Shown piece after piece: positions 25,404 through 35,351 of a stretch of DNA of 38,409 bases (position 1 is its first letter; each line of letters begins with the position of its first letter). The stretch is taken from positions 1-38,409 of the forward strand of contig CAYHTR010000002.1 of assembly GCA_964359745.1 (NCBI GenBank), read 5' to 3'. The position numbers were made by a program, and so were the translations under genes. The notes below the pieces were generated by a model. It saw only the letters and a program-made list of their open reading frames with translations, had not been told where the DNA came from and ran no database searches. Origin of the DNA: an uncultured Candidatus Saccharibacteria bacterium (GTDB lineage Bacteria; Patescibacteriota; Minisyncoccia; Phycocordibacterales; PALSA-1337).

Positions 25404-26192
25404 ATGCCAATAGGTTCATTTTTATCTCATTTTCATCAAGTAAAATTAAGTACTGCTGATGAAAAAGAATATAATATGGTTATTAATCCAATTGTAAAAA
25501 TTGGGCTTCTAATTATTGGTATTCCTCATATTGGTCTTAGAATGCGTATATTACTTATCAAAAAGATTGCAAAAAAACTGTCAAAAAATACTTTAGTGTT
25601 AGATGCCGGATGCGGTTATGGCGTATTATCCTTTGAATTAGCAAAACTTGGTTTATCAATTGAATCTATTGATTTTGATTCAAATAGAATTAAACAAGTA
25701 ACTGATATGACTAAGGATTTTCCAAAACTTGGCAAATATATAAATCCGCATACAGGATCAGTTTTAGAAATAAATTGTCCAGATAAAAAATTTGACCTAA
25801 CCATATGCTCCGAAGTAATTGAACATTTAAAACAAGATGGCCAAGCGGTAAAAGAATTATCTAGAGTGACAAAATCTGGCGGATTAGTTGTTATTTCTGT
25901 ACCTACCGATTCTCCACGAAATTTTGTAGAATTTCGCAAATTAGGGCACGAACGACCTGGTTATAGTAAAAAAATGCTTGAAGATTTAGCCGATAAAAAT
26001 AATTTAAAATTAATAAAATATATTCCTTACGAATTTACTATAGGTCGCATTTCAGCACGTCTTAATCTTGCATTAAAATATCCTCCCTTAATAGCTCTTT
26101 TATTTTATCCTTTTTATATTATTTCTTTTCTTGATTTTTTAATTCCAATGGGAGAAGCCAATGCTAGTGTCACTATATTCAAAAAAAATTAA
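25404..26192 (+). CDS. class I SAM-dependent methyltransferase with flanking hydrophobic segments
   Basis: 262 aa. VLDAGCGYGVLSFELAKLG motif I and CSEVIEHLK..GGLVVISVP. An alternative ATG lies at 25476. Its stop overlaps the stop of the convergent gene within TTAA at 26189-26192. Confidence 0.75.
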   Translation: MPIGSFLSHFHQVKLSTADEKEYNMVINPIVKIGLLIIGIPHIGLRMRILLIKKIAKKLSKNTLVLDAGCGYGVLSFELAKLGLSIESIDFDSNRIKQVTDMTKDFPKLGKYINPHTGSVLEINCPDKKFDLTICSEVIEHLKQDGQAVKELSRVTKSGGLVVISVPTDSPRNFVEFRKLGHERPGYSKKMLEDLADKNNLKLIKYIPYEFTIGRISARLNLALKYPPLIALLFYPFYIISFLDFLIPMGEANASVTIFKKN

Positions 26193-27925
26193 TTTATTTT
26201 GTATATAGCAAAGTTTTCATCATCATAAACCCGTGTGAAATGCGGAAGTAAATCTGGTCTAAATGCTGATGGATATTTTTTATCTTTTATTGCGTAATTA
26301 ACATTAAACTTTTTTAATTCTGTTTCGATATTTTTCTTTATATCATTACGATATTTATTATATAAATTAACAAAATATTCTTCGCCTTTAAAAGAAACTG
26401 TGTCCTTCAATTCTCCACAATTTACGCCAAAAAAATCAAGTTTAAAAAACTTACATAACGTCACGGCTCGATTATGTGTCTTATATTGGTGAACTGCATT
26501 CCCCACACCAGCAAAATCCCTGTATTGATTTTCTATATCCTTCAAACTTAAATTATTAAAATAACTATAGACTAAATATCTTTCTTCTAACTCTTTATTA
26601 GACAAAAGATGTAAATGGCTGGTACCAGGTGTAAAAAGAAGGTAATGTTTTGTCATAACTGGTATATAACGCACAAGATAATCTGAATCGGTCCAAATAA
26701 CCGACTGCTTTTTTTCATTCATTTCAAGCCATTTCAACGGCGGAGCATATTTTTGAAGATATAAACTCTGTGATTTTAACTCATCTACTACTGAAAAATA
26801 AATACTGTATTCACTAAAATACTTTAACACTCCAAACAACGATATAAAAGAAATTATTATCAAAACAATTTTATATTTCTTTGATAAATTATAAAAATCA
26901 CTTTTGTGTTTATATATAAAAAATAATACCGCTCCAAAAGCGCAGACAAGCCATACAATAATAAATCGTTCTATATGTTGAGAGTTTTCTAATTCTTTGC
27001 CAGTTATAATATTACTTGTTGAAGCAATAATCATTGCAAAACCTGAAAAAACAAATAGTAAATAAGCATTATTAGTCCAACGTTTTGTTATATACAACAA
27101 AAATAACATTGCAAAAACCCAAAAACCAGAATAAAAGACGTTTGAAGCAAGTAAATGAGTATTTACCAATCCAATGCGTTGCATAGATTCCCAATAAAAA
27201 GGATGGTTAACTTGTTTTATACTATAAATAAATAATGGCAAAGCTAATAATAGTGAGAAAAAAATAACAAAACAAATGCGTTTAGCTTTTATTTTGTCAT
27301 GCATAATGAAAAAAGTAATCATACTAATAAACATGGTCACAAAAGTAATCTGCCAAAGGTATGTATAAATATAAAAAGAAAAAGTAGTTGCTAAAATTAA
27401 AACAAAAGTATTTTTTTTGTTTTCGGGATTTTTTAACCAATTAGCAAAAGCAAAAAGAAAAAAAGAAAAAAATGGAAAAACAATTTGCATTGATACAGCT
27501 CGCATCATAAGAGAATAAACGCATAAATATGCAAATACTGCGATTACGCTACTCACTTCTTTTGATATATCTAATCGTTTAAGAAAAAGAAATAAAAAAA
27601 AGACAAATATAATAGACCAAAAAATCGTATCAAAAATGATAGTCGAGGTAAATGATAATCCAAAAAATAAAGGTACGGCTGCCACCCAATCAGAAACAAA
27701 AAATGCTGGTGCTATTTCTTTGTTATGTTCAAGTAAAAAGGGGTTACCGATAAATGGATTACCATCTTTAACTTCGTGCGTTCTAGCATAATAATAGACA
27801 CTATCGTTATATCCAGGTGTCACATCTTGCCACACTGTATTAACAGTCAAATATACCTCTAGAAGAGGAAATAATAACACTACAAAGAATATAGTTAAAG
27901 AAATATATGGAATTATTTTTTTCAT
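26189..27925 (-). CDS. large polytopic membrane protein with C-terminal soluble domain (paralog of 12003-13748)
   Basis: 578 aa with many hydrophobic helices. The first-loop motif DSVYYYARTHEVKDGNPFIG aligns without gaps to EFGYVARIQEISDGHGLIG of the other protein. Confidence 0.6.
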   Translation of the reverse strand: MKKIIPYISLTIFFVVLLFPLLEVYLTVNTVWQDVTPGYNDSVYYYARTHEVKDGNPFIGNPFLLEHNKEIAPAFFVSDWVAAVPLFFGLSFTSTIIFDTIFWSIIFVFFLFLFLKRLDISKEVSSVIAVFAYLCVYSLMMRAVSMQIVFPFFSFFLFAFANWLKNPENKKNTFVLILATTFSFYIYTYLWQITFVTMFISMITFFIMHDKIKAKRICFVIFFSLLLALPLFIYSIKQVNHPFYWESMQRIGLVNTHLLASNVFYSGFWVFAMLFLLYITKRWTNNAYLLFVFSGFAMIIASTSNIITGKELENSQHIERFIIVWLVCAFGAVLFFIYKHKSDFYNLSKKYKIVLIIISFISLFGVLKYFSEYSIYFSVVDELKSQSLYLQKYAPPLKWLEMNEKKQSVIWTDSDYLVRYIPVMTKHYLLFTPGTSHLHLLSNKELEERYLVYSYFNNLSLKDIENQYRDFAGVGNAVHQYKTHNRAVTLCKFFKLDFFGVNCGELKDTVSFKGEEYFVNLYNKYRNDIKKNIETELKKFNVNYAIKDKKYPSAFRPDLLPHFTRVYDDENFAIYKIN

Positions 27926-28776
27926 TTTTTTACAGCAATAATAAAAATATTATCACGAGTATTAATAGGAAGTGAAATATTAGAAAATATCTTTTTACTA
28001 AAAAAATTAGAAAGTTTTTTCCAAAATGACAACTTTTGCCACATATATAGCATTTTAAAAATATATTGAAGTGTGAAATGTTTGCCGACTTTCATTTTTT
28101 TAATAACTTTAAAACCATTTTTTTCAAGTAAAGTGGTGAGATTAATAGAATTAAAATAATAAAGATGTTCAGGAGGAACAATGAGATGCCATTTTTTGCC
28201 AAAAATTTTAGCAATAATACTTCCTGTATCTGGAGTATTTATTACAATAATACCACCCTTTTTTAAAATTTTTGAAGCAGTTTTTATTTCTACAAGTGGA
28301 TTGGGGAAATGTTCAATTACATCAAATATAGTAATCACATCATATGATTCTGGTAAAAAATCACCGGAAGAAAGTGTGCCTGTTTTTACATCAAAACCTT
28401 TAGCTCTTGCGCTAGATGCAGCAAAATCAGATAATTCTATTCCTGTCGCATTCCAATCTCTTTTTTTGGCAATATTAATAAAAAAACCTGTTGCTGCACC
28501 CACATCAAGTAATTTTCCTCTATTTGGAATAATTTTTTCAATAATTTCTAAATACTTTATGAAAGTGGGAACCATTGGTTCCTTATCAGAATCATAATCT
28601 ATGTAACCAAAAGTTTTCTTAGCTCCACAAAAATAATCATCAGAATAAATTGTGGCTGTATCTGTTTTCATTGGATACACAAATAAAAGTTTGCAATTAT
28701 TACAACAAAAAATATCGCAATTATTTTTGCGTATAAAAAAAGAAATTTTATCAGAATTACAAATTATACAATTCAT
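27922..28776 (-). CDS. class I SAM-dependent methyltransferase with N-terminal zinc ribbon
   Basis: 284 aa. MNCIICN...CCNNCKLLF, LLDVGAATGFF, and FDVIEHFPNP..GGIIVINTPD. ATGA overlap with the downstream gene. Confidence 0.75.
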   Translation of the reverse strand: MNCIICNSDKISFFIRKNNCDIFCCNNCKLLFVYPMKTDTATIYSDDYFCGAKKTFGYIDYDSDKEPMVPTFIKYLEIIEKIIPNRGKLLDVGAATGFFINIAKKRDWNATGIELSDFAASSARAKGFDVKTGTLSSGDFLPESYDVITIFDVIEHFPNPLVEIKTASKILKKGGIIVINTPDTGSIIAKIFGKKWHLIVPPEHLYYFNSINLTTLLEKNGFKVIKKMKVGKHFTLQYIFKMLYMWQKLSFWKKLSNFFSKKIFSNISLPINTRDNIFIIAVKK

Positions 28777-28777
28777 A

Positions 28778-29485
28778 TCATTTTTTAAATCTCATTTTCC
28801 ATGGTGCAATAATACCCTCAGCAATAATATGGCTTGATAATTTTGATTCGCCCTGTCGTCTATTTTTAAATATAATAGGCACTTCTTTAAATCTAGCCCC
28901 TTTTTTCCATAAAATATATTTTAATTCCATCATGAAAGCATACCCTGACACATCAAAATCTTTAATATTTATTTGATCAAGTAATCCTTTACGAATGAGC
29001 ATAAAACCGGCAGTAGAATCTCTGGCAGACATACCCGTAATTATTCTGCAATAAAAATTACCCATTTTACTTAAAACTCTTCTCCAAAGTTCCCATCCTT
29101 CTGTACCTGAATCTTTTCCACCTATATAACGCGAACCAACAACCACATCATAATTAGGTGCAATTTCAAACATTTTTGGTAAATATTTCGGATCGTGAGA
29201 AAAATCAGCATCCATTATCACCACATATTCAATACTAGAATCATTTGCTAATTCGCTAAAAGCATTCAAATATGCCTTACCTAAACCCTCTTTTCTAGCA
29301 CGCGAAAGAAGCGAAACATTTTTATGTTCAATCATAATATTTTTAACTTCGTTTGCAGTACCATCTGGAGAATTATCATCTACTACCAAAATACTAACAT
29401 TTGGCATATATTTAAAAATCTCTTTTATAAGAGGTCTTATATTTTCTTTTTCATTGTAAGTGGGAACAATGATCACATTCTTCAT
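28778..29485 (-). CDS. polyprenol/dolichol-phosphate mannosyltransferase-like GT2 (Dpm1/Ppm1 type, soluble)
   Basis: ORF 28778-29527 opens with a non-ATG codon. The ATG giving MKNVIIVPTYNEKENI is placed at 29485 by the ORF frame. Motifs: VVDDNSPDGT, IMDADFSHDP. Confidence 0.85.
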   Translation of the reverse strand: MKNVIIVPTYNEKENIRPLIKEIFKYMPNVSILVVDDNSPDGTANEVKNIMIEHKNVSLLSRARKEGLGKAYLNAFSELANDSSIEYVVIMDADFSHDPKYLPKMFEIAPNYDVVVGSRYIGGKDSGTEGWELWRRVLSKMGNFYCRIITGMSARDSTAGFMLIRKGLLDQINIKDFDVSGYAFMMELKYILWKKGARFKEVPIIFKNRRQGESKLSSHIIAEGIIAPWKMRFKK

Positions 29486-30564
29486 AATTTTATAAAATTT
29501 AAAATATTTTTCGCTCTTTTTCCCCAAGTATACTCTTTAACATCTTCAAGTGCCTGTTTAGCAATTGTATCAGAAAGTGATAGATTGTTAAAAAGAACTT
29601 TTATTGCTTCAGTAAAAGCTGAACTTGTATTAGATTTTACAAATAAACAATTTTTTTCTGAAAGCACCTCTCGAAAAGATGGCATATCAGATGCAATAAT
29701 AGGCCTACCACTAGCCATATATTCAAACATTTTAAGTGGTGACGTGTAATGTCTAGAAATATCTTCATTTGAATTTCCCGTAAGAATCAAAACATCTGCT
29801 GATTTTAACCATAGAGGAATTTTGGTGTATGGCTGAAAACCAGGAAAAAATTCTTTATCATTATTTTCTCCTTTTATATTACCAACAAAAACAACAAGAT
29901 AATCATTAGATAATTCCTTACTTACATTATCCAACACTGACAATCCTTTCCAGTGAATATCCGAGCCGGTATACATAATAATTTTCTTATTTGGCAAATT
30001 AAGCTTTTTTCTTGCCTCTTCTTTTGTTATCTGAATATTAAAATCTTCAAAAGGAACACCGTCTGGCGCAACAAAAATTTTTTCTTTTGAAATACCAACT
30101 TCAATCAGTTTGTTTTTTATAGCATTTGTAATAACTACTAAACATTTAGCTTTTCGCCAAATTATAATATATTTTCTTTTAATAATTTTAGGTAGGTTGT
30201 GAAGTTCAAGTATAAATGAATTAAAAAAAAGATATGTAAGTGGTTCGCGTGTATATAGTAAATCCGTATGTTTGAAAAAAAGATAAAATCTCGCCAAAAT
30301 AAAAAAACTAATTAATCTTAACCAATAAACAATAGCTTTATCACTACCTTTTCCAATATCAATACAAGGTATTTTCGTTATTTTAAAATTTTTCTGAACA
30401 CCGTAATAAACATACGGATTATCATTAATTCCGGTATAACGATTCGGCACAACAAGTTCAACATCAAAACCAGAAAAGGCAAACGCTTCACACATTTTCA
30501 TTACCTGAATAGAATGCGCCCAATCAATTGGAATGCCAATGTTTGCTAAATAAACAAGTTTCAT
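29482..30564 (-). CDS. glycosyltransferase, GT-B fold (GT4/GT1 type)
   Basis: 360 aa. C-terminal SPLKMFEYMASGRPIIASDMPSFREV motif. Confidence 0.8.
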   Translation of the reverse strand: MKLVYLANIGIPIDWAHSIQVMKMCEAFAFSGFDVELVVPNRYTGINDNPYVYYGVQKNFKITKIPCIDIGKGSDKAIVYWLRLISFFILARFYLFFKHTDLLYTREPLTYLFFNSFILELHNLPKIIKRKYIIIWRKAKCLVVITNAIKNKLIEVGISKEKIFVAPDGVPFEDFNIQITKEEARKKLNLPNKKIIMYTGSDIHWKGLSVLDNVSKELSNDYLVVFVGNIKGENNDKEFFPGFQPYTKIPLWLKSADVLILTGNSNEDISRHYTSPLKMFEYMASGRPIIASDMPSFREVLSEKNCLFVKSNTSSAFTEAIKVLFNNLSLSDTIAKQALEDVKEYTWGKRAKNILNFIKL

Positions 30565-30573
30565 ATATTAATA

Positions 30574-31392
30574 TTATTTTTTATATATTTTTTCAACCAT
30601 ATCTAATCCCTTTTCTTCTTCGGCAATATTACTTTTCTCGGTTTTAAAAATATACCCCCTCTCTCCTTCGAGACAATATTTACTCATACGATAAAAAGGT
30701 GACAAAGATTTTACTTTATTCAAAAGATTATTTTTTATAATTAAATCTCGAAGAGGTTTGTCGTTTTGATTCCAATCACCTAATTCCGTCATATCCATTG
30801 TTGTGGTAAATTGACCTTCACGCGTAAGAATTGTTCGAGATAAATCAAACGAACCGCCAAGTTTATCCATCATCTCTCTAGTAAAAAATTCAAATGAACC
30901 GCGAAGACCAAATGGTTTTGGAAGCATCAACCATTGACGCAATCGTCTTTGAGCATTACCTGTTGAGTTTGTTAAAATAAGCCAATCTTCTTGAGGCAAA
31001 ATATCTTCAAACATTTTATCAGTCAAAATAAAATTGTCGTCGTGAGTTATGAGTAGTTTATCGTATTGTTTATAATCATTTTTTTCTAACCATTGATTTG
31101 TATTGCCAAAATCTCCCATAGTATTCGGCTCTAATGAATATTTCCATCCCAATGCTTCTATTTCTGTAACAGTAGCGACTTTACGATACATAATGCGGTC
31201 ATATAGCTCTCGTCGCATATATCCTAAATTAGCCAGTGTTTCCTTTTTTTCTTCAATAGCATAAGAAGGGTCTCTATGCGAAACCACAAACATATCAACT
31301 TCCCAACCATTAGGTTTTTTTTGCTTAGCTATTTGTTCAAAAAAATGTATGGGAAAGTGCCACCCTCCCGCTATGACTGCCAATTTTTTCAT
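30574..31392 (-). CDS. hypothetical protein, no family recognised
   Basis: 272 aa, soluble. ATGA-coupled to the upstream DegT gene and 9 nt from the downstream GT4. Contains LLITHDDNF (a possible DxD-like motif). Coding status is supported by operon packing. Confidence 0.6.
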   Translation of the reverse strand: MKKLAVIAGGWHFPIHFFEQIAKQKKPNGWEVDMFVVSHRDPSYAIEEKKETLANLGYMRRELYDRIMYRKVATVTEIEALGWKYSLEPNTMGDFGNTNQWLEKNDYKQYDKLLITHDDNFILTDKMFEDILPQEDWLILTNSTGNAQRRLRQWLMLPKPFGLRGSFEFFTREMMDKLGGSFDLSRTILTREGQFTTTMDMTELGDWNQNDKPLRDLIIKNNLLNKVKSLSPFYRMSKYCLEGERGYIFKTEKSNIAEEEKGLDMVEKIYKK

Positions 31393-32426
31393 ATCTTTTC
31401 GTATTGTTTAATTAAATCACAGATTTTTTCAGCGTCAGCCAAACTAACCTTATGATGCATCGGCAAAAGCATATAATGATTTTCTATTTCGTCCATTTTT
31501 TTTAATTTTTGTCTTCCACCAAAAAGTGTATATTGGTCATTTCTATAATGATGAACTCCTGTATCAATACCTTTATCTTTTAAAAACTTCATAAGTCCTT
31601 TTCTGTCTTTAACCAAAACCGAACAAAACCAAATACCAGTAATGGCGTTATGTTTTTTATAAACTTCCATTAATTTTTTTCTATGAGCAATTATCTTATC
31701 AACCACCGCAAGGTTTCCCCGACCAATGGCTGCGCTCACATCATTCATATGGTATTTATAGCCTGCTTCTAAAAGGTCCGTATCGCCAAGCTTTTGTTTC
31801 TGTTCCCTATCATATCCAAACCAACGCAATCTTTTGCCTTTATTATGGAATTCTTCGTTTTTGCAAATAAGCATTCCACCATCACCACTAGTCAAAGTTT
31901 TAATAGCTTGAAGCGACACACAAGTAAAATCTGCTTTACCCCAATAATCAGAACCAACAACTTGCGCCGCATCTTCTATTAAAATAATATTTTTTGATTT
32001 TGCTATTTCAAGTAATTCTTTCAAACCGCGATTATTTCCTCCAAAATGAACAAAAACAATAGCTTTTGTATTTGGTGTAATTTTTCTTTTTACATCTTCA
32101 ATATCAACATTTAAATCATAATCCGTATCAGCAAAAATAATTTTTGCTTTGCGACGAAAAAGTGGAATATTTGTGGCAGTGCAAGTAAGTACAGGGGTAA
32201 TCACTTCATCTCCTTCTTTTATACCAGCTAGTTCATAAGCCAATTCAAGAGCACTGGTGCCAGAATTAACCGCCAATACTCGCTCAAATCCAAATTTTTT
32301 TGCAAATTCCTGTTCAAATTTTTTAACTTCCGGACCTTCAGCAATTTGTCCGCTACGAAGCACACGAACAGTATTAAATATCGCTTGCCAACTAACATAG
32401 GGTGTAAATAATTTTATTTTTCGCAT
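31389..32426 (-). CDS. DegT/DnrJ/EryC1/StrS family sugar aminotransferase
   Basis: ORF 31389-32471, likely ATG at 32426 (MRKIKLFTPYV). Motifs: AVNSGTSALELA, and SLQAIKTLTSGDGG with the PLP lysine. Confidence 0.88.
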   Translation of the reverse strand: MRKIKLFTPYVSWQAIFNTVRVLRSGQIAEGPEVKKFEQEFAKKFGFERVLAVNSGTSALELAYELAGIKEGDEVITPVLTCTATNIPLFRRKAKIIFADTDYDLNVDIEDVKRKITPNTKAIVFVHFGGNNRGLKELLEIAKSKNIILIEDAAQVVGSDYWGKADFTCVSLQAIKTLTSGDGGMLICKNEEFHNKGKRLRWFGYDREQKQKLGDTDLLEAGYKYHMNDVSAAIGRGNLAVVDKIIAHRKKLMEVYKKHNAITGIWFCSVLVKDRKGLMKFLKDKGIDTGVHHYRNDQYTLFGGRQKLKKMDEIENHYMLLPMHHKVSLADAEKICDLIKQYEKI

Positions 32427-33322
32427 AAATATTCTTTTAGTCCTTCTTCGAACGTGTAAAGTGGTTTCCAACCAAGTTCCATAATTCTACCATTATCCAT
32501 TTGATATTTCATATCCATACCCGGACGATTATTTGGATGAGTAATTACTTTTTTTCCAGTCACCATTTCCGCTTTTTCAATTAACTGACGCACTGTCAAA
32601 CCATCGTTCAAAGTAACATTATAGGTTTGATTACCTTTTTCCAAAATCAAATCAATTGCTGGCGGAATATTTTTCACATAAATATACTCTCTGTATCCAG
32701 TTCCTTCGTTATGAAGTGGAATTGAGTAACCATTTTCAATTGATTCTTTTATAGCCGGCATAATTTTTCTCTTGTCTTGTCTTGGTCCAAATACATTACA
32801 AAATCTAGTTTCAGCAGTTTTATTTTTCAATTGCTCATATGTATTTTCATAAGTAATTCTCAATAATGAACCAACTGCTTTTGAACAAGAATAAGGATTC
32901 TTGGGGAAAATCATATCATCTTCTTTCTTTCTATTTTCACATTCTCCATAAACTTCATCTGTTGAAACATAAATAAATTTTTTAAGATTAGGCAAATGTC
33001 TGCACGCTTCAAACATATGAATATTCCCCATAATATTTTTCTTAAGAGTTCGATAAGATTCGCGTATAGAATAATCCACATCGCTCATTGCTGCTGCGTG
33101 AATTACATAATCTGGATTTTCATCCATAACCACATCGATAATTTCTGGATCAGCTATATGTATATCAATATATTTAAAAGAATCATCTATAATTTCAGGA
33201 TGACTGCCTGTAGATTTATTATCCATCACAACTACTTCATATCCTTTTTTAACAAAATATTCAGTAACGTGAGAAAAAATAAATCCCAACCCGCCAGTAA
33301 TAAGAATTTTGCCTTTTTTCAT
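32414..33322 (-). CDS. NAD-dependent NDP-sugar epimerase/dehydratase (extended SDR, RmlB-like 4,6-dehydratase type)
   Basis: 302 aa. ILITGGLGFIFSH, STDEVYG, and PYSCSKA (YxxxK). Confidence 0.8.
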   Translation of the reverse strand: MKKGKILITGGLGFIFSHVTEYFVKKGYEVVVMDNKSTGSHPEIIDDSFKYIDIHIADPEIIDVVMDENPDYVIHAAAMSDVDYSIRESYRTLKKNIMGNIHMFEACRHLPNLKKFIYVSTDEVYGECENRKKEDDMIFPKNPYSCSKAVGSLLRITYENTYEQLKNKTAETRFCNVFGPRQDKRKIMPAIKESIENGYSIPLHNEGTGYREYIYVKNIPPAIDLILEKGNQTYNVTLNDGLTVRQLIEKAEMVTGKKVITHPNNRPGMDMKYQMDNGRIMELGWKPLYTFEEGLKEYLCEK

Positions 33323-33333
33323 AATTAAGACCT

Positions 33334-33342
33334 ATTATAGCA
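33334..33342 (-). promoter_or_regulatory. extended -10 element TGCTATAAT (minus strand) about 11 nt upstream of the dehydratase ATG
   Basis: The minus strand reads AAAAATGCTATAATAGGTCTTAATTATG in the 24-nt intergenic gap. Confidence 0.35.
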
Positions 33343-33346
33343 TTTT

Positions 33347-34024
33347 TTAGAATTTCAGCATTTCGTCCTTCTTAATTGTTTCTTTGCGTATAAAAGCGAT
33401 ACTATCAGCTATATAAATAGCCCGAACATTATCATATCGAGAAGATTTGATCTCTAATGTTTTTATTTTGTTTTTAATGCGATTAAATAATGATGCACGC
33501 GGACTTTGAATCGCCCAATAATGCATACCGTCAATAATCTTTTTGATGAGACTAATTGCTGTATAAACACGTCCTTTTTTACCTCCAAATTCATACCAGT
33601 AAGAAGTGTGTAAATCTTCTATGACATATATTCCACTTTCTTTAAGTAAAGGAAAAAGAGTATTAAATGTAATAATCTGCTGTTTCATTGTATGTCCTCC
33701 GTCGTCAATAACGATATCAAAAGGACCTTCTTTATTTTCAACTGATCTCAAAAAATTACTATCTTCCTGACTTCCAATATATATTTTTATATTTTCGCCT
33801 TCATATTTTTGACAAGATTCATCAATATCAATACCGATAATTTTAACTTGCGGAAAAAATTCTTTCCAGGTATATAATGATCCGCCTCCCTGCACTCCTA
33901 TTTCGAGCAAGCGTATCGGTTTGTCTTTATAACCTGCAAACATAAAATCATATTCAGCATAATAATTTGCTAATTTTCGAATTGTACCTCTCTTTTTTTG
34001 TCGAGCTGCTTCAATTAGTTTCAT
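33347..34024 (-). CDS. class I SAM-dependent methyltransferase (CmcI/sugar O-methyltransferase-like, tentative)
   Basis: 225 aa. LLEIGVQGGGSL, IIGIDID, and IVIDDGGHTMKQQI. Confidence 0.6.
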   Translation of the reverse strand: MKLIEAARQKKRGTIRKLANYYAEYDFMFAGYKDKPIRLLEIGVQGGGSLYTWKEFFPQVKIIGIDIDESCQKYEGENIKIYIGSQEDSNFLRSVENKEGPFDIVIDDGGHTMKQQIITFNTLFPLLKESGIYVIEDLHTSYWYEFGGKKGRVYTAISLIKKIIDGMHYWAIQSPRASLFNRIKNKIKTLEIKSSRYDNVRAIYIADSIAFIRKETIKKDEMLKF

Positions 34025-35351
34025 ATATACGATTAATTATACGCCAAAATCCTGTGGAAAAAAGAAGTAAAATAAATGGAAAAGCTTGAATTGCATAACG
34101 AGCGTTTCCAGCCGGACCAGCAAGAAACATTAAATAAATCGGGATAAATAACAATATCCAAACATATAAATTTCTTTTTTCTTTCCAAAATCCATATAAT
34201 ACGATTATATACATAAAAATCATAACTATTCTTTCAATCATTTTCCACCAATCTTTAGTAATACTATAAAAAAATAATTTCCATTCTTTATTCATCAAAT
34301 AATATATAGCTCCTGGTTCAAAAGAAGTGCGTATATTCATAGACGAACGATATGTGTTTAAAACCTCTTGTATAGGAGAGGAAAATAAAAAAGGAATAGA
34401 TGATTCTATGTGATATATTGAATATGAAAATGGAGATGATAATATAATTTTTTCCGCAACACCTGAAACCTGTTCTGAATATTTTAAATATTTCCATTCA
34501 TCTTGTGGTATTCCTATCTTTTTTTCCAAAATAATTCTTTCTTCAATAATACTAGTATGGTTAATATGAGATAAAAATGAAGGAACTGCATAATAAGCAA
34601 GATTAATAGCTTTAAAAGAGGAAAAATCCGCAACACCAGTCAATCTATAATTTCTTATAATCCAAGGCAAAACTGCAAGAAAAATTATGCTAACCATTAT
34701 GATAACTGATTTTAATTTATCTCTAAAAGAAATTTTTGAAATGAAAAATGGTGCAATAAAAATAGGTAAAGCGAATATTCCCATTGGTCTAACATAAATA
34801 GCAATACCAAACAATAATGATGCTAATATAATCTTATATATATTTTCTTTGTTTGAAGAAACAACCAGATATAAACCTAATAAAAATAAAAATAAAAAAA
34901 GAATATCTGTAAGGATAACAAGCGATAAATATAAAGTAACTGGATTAAGCAAAAAAATTATAGATGACATTTCCCCCACTTTTCTTGAAAAAAATAATAT
35001 ACCTATTTTCCTTATTAAAATAGAAATCAAAAACACCAGAATAATTTGAATAAAAGTAACGGTAAAATACCCACCAAATGACTTAAAAATGGCCACAAAT
35101 GCTGGGTATCCAGGAGCTCTTAATGTTTCGGCTTTCTCGTTAAGAACAAAACCATTACCTGAAATTATTGATTCTGACAAATTAGCGTATTCCTGACTAT
35201 CTTCTCGTAAAACAGGCAATGTGGGGCTAATTCCTTGTGTTTTCTGTATATTTGAGAGATGAATAGTAAATAACCATAGTAAAAAATATATAATAAAAAT
35301 AGAGAAAAATAATATTTTAAATAATTTAGACCAATCTCTAATTTCTTTCAT
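34011..35351 (-). CDS. polytopic GT-C-type glycosyltransferase (ArnT/PMT_2-like)
   Basis: 446 aa with about 10 or more TM helices. The first extracytoplasmic loop, REDSQEYANLSESIISGNGF, resembles the acidic D/E..Y loop of GT39/GT83-type enzymes. Confidence 0.65.
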   Translation of the reverse strand: MKEIRDWSKLFKILFFSIFIIYFLLWLFTIHLSNIQKTQGISPTLPVLREDSQEYANLSESIISGNGFVLNEKAETLRAPGYPAFVAIFKSFGGYFTVTFIQIILVFLISILIRKIGILFFSRKVGEMSSIIFLLNPVTLYLSLVILTDILFLFLFLLGLYLVVSSNKENIYKIILASLLFGIAIYVRPMGIFALPIFIAPFFISKISFRDKLKSVIIMVSIIFLAVLPWIIRNYRLTGVADFSSFKAINLAYYAVPSFLSHINHTSIIEERIILEKKIGIPQDEWKYLKYSEQVSGVAEKIILSSPFSYSIYHIESSIPFLFSSPIQEVLNTYRSSMNIRTSFEPGAIYYLMNKEWKLFFYSITKDWWKMIERIVMIFMYIIVLYGFWKEKRNLYVWILLFIPIYLMFLAGPAGNARYAIQAFPFILLLFSTGFWRIINRIYETN

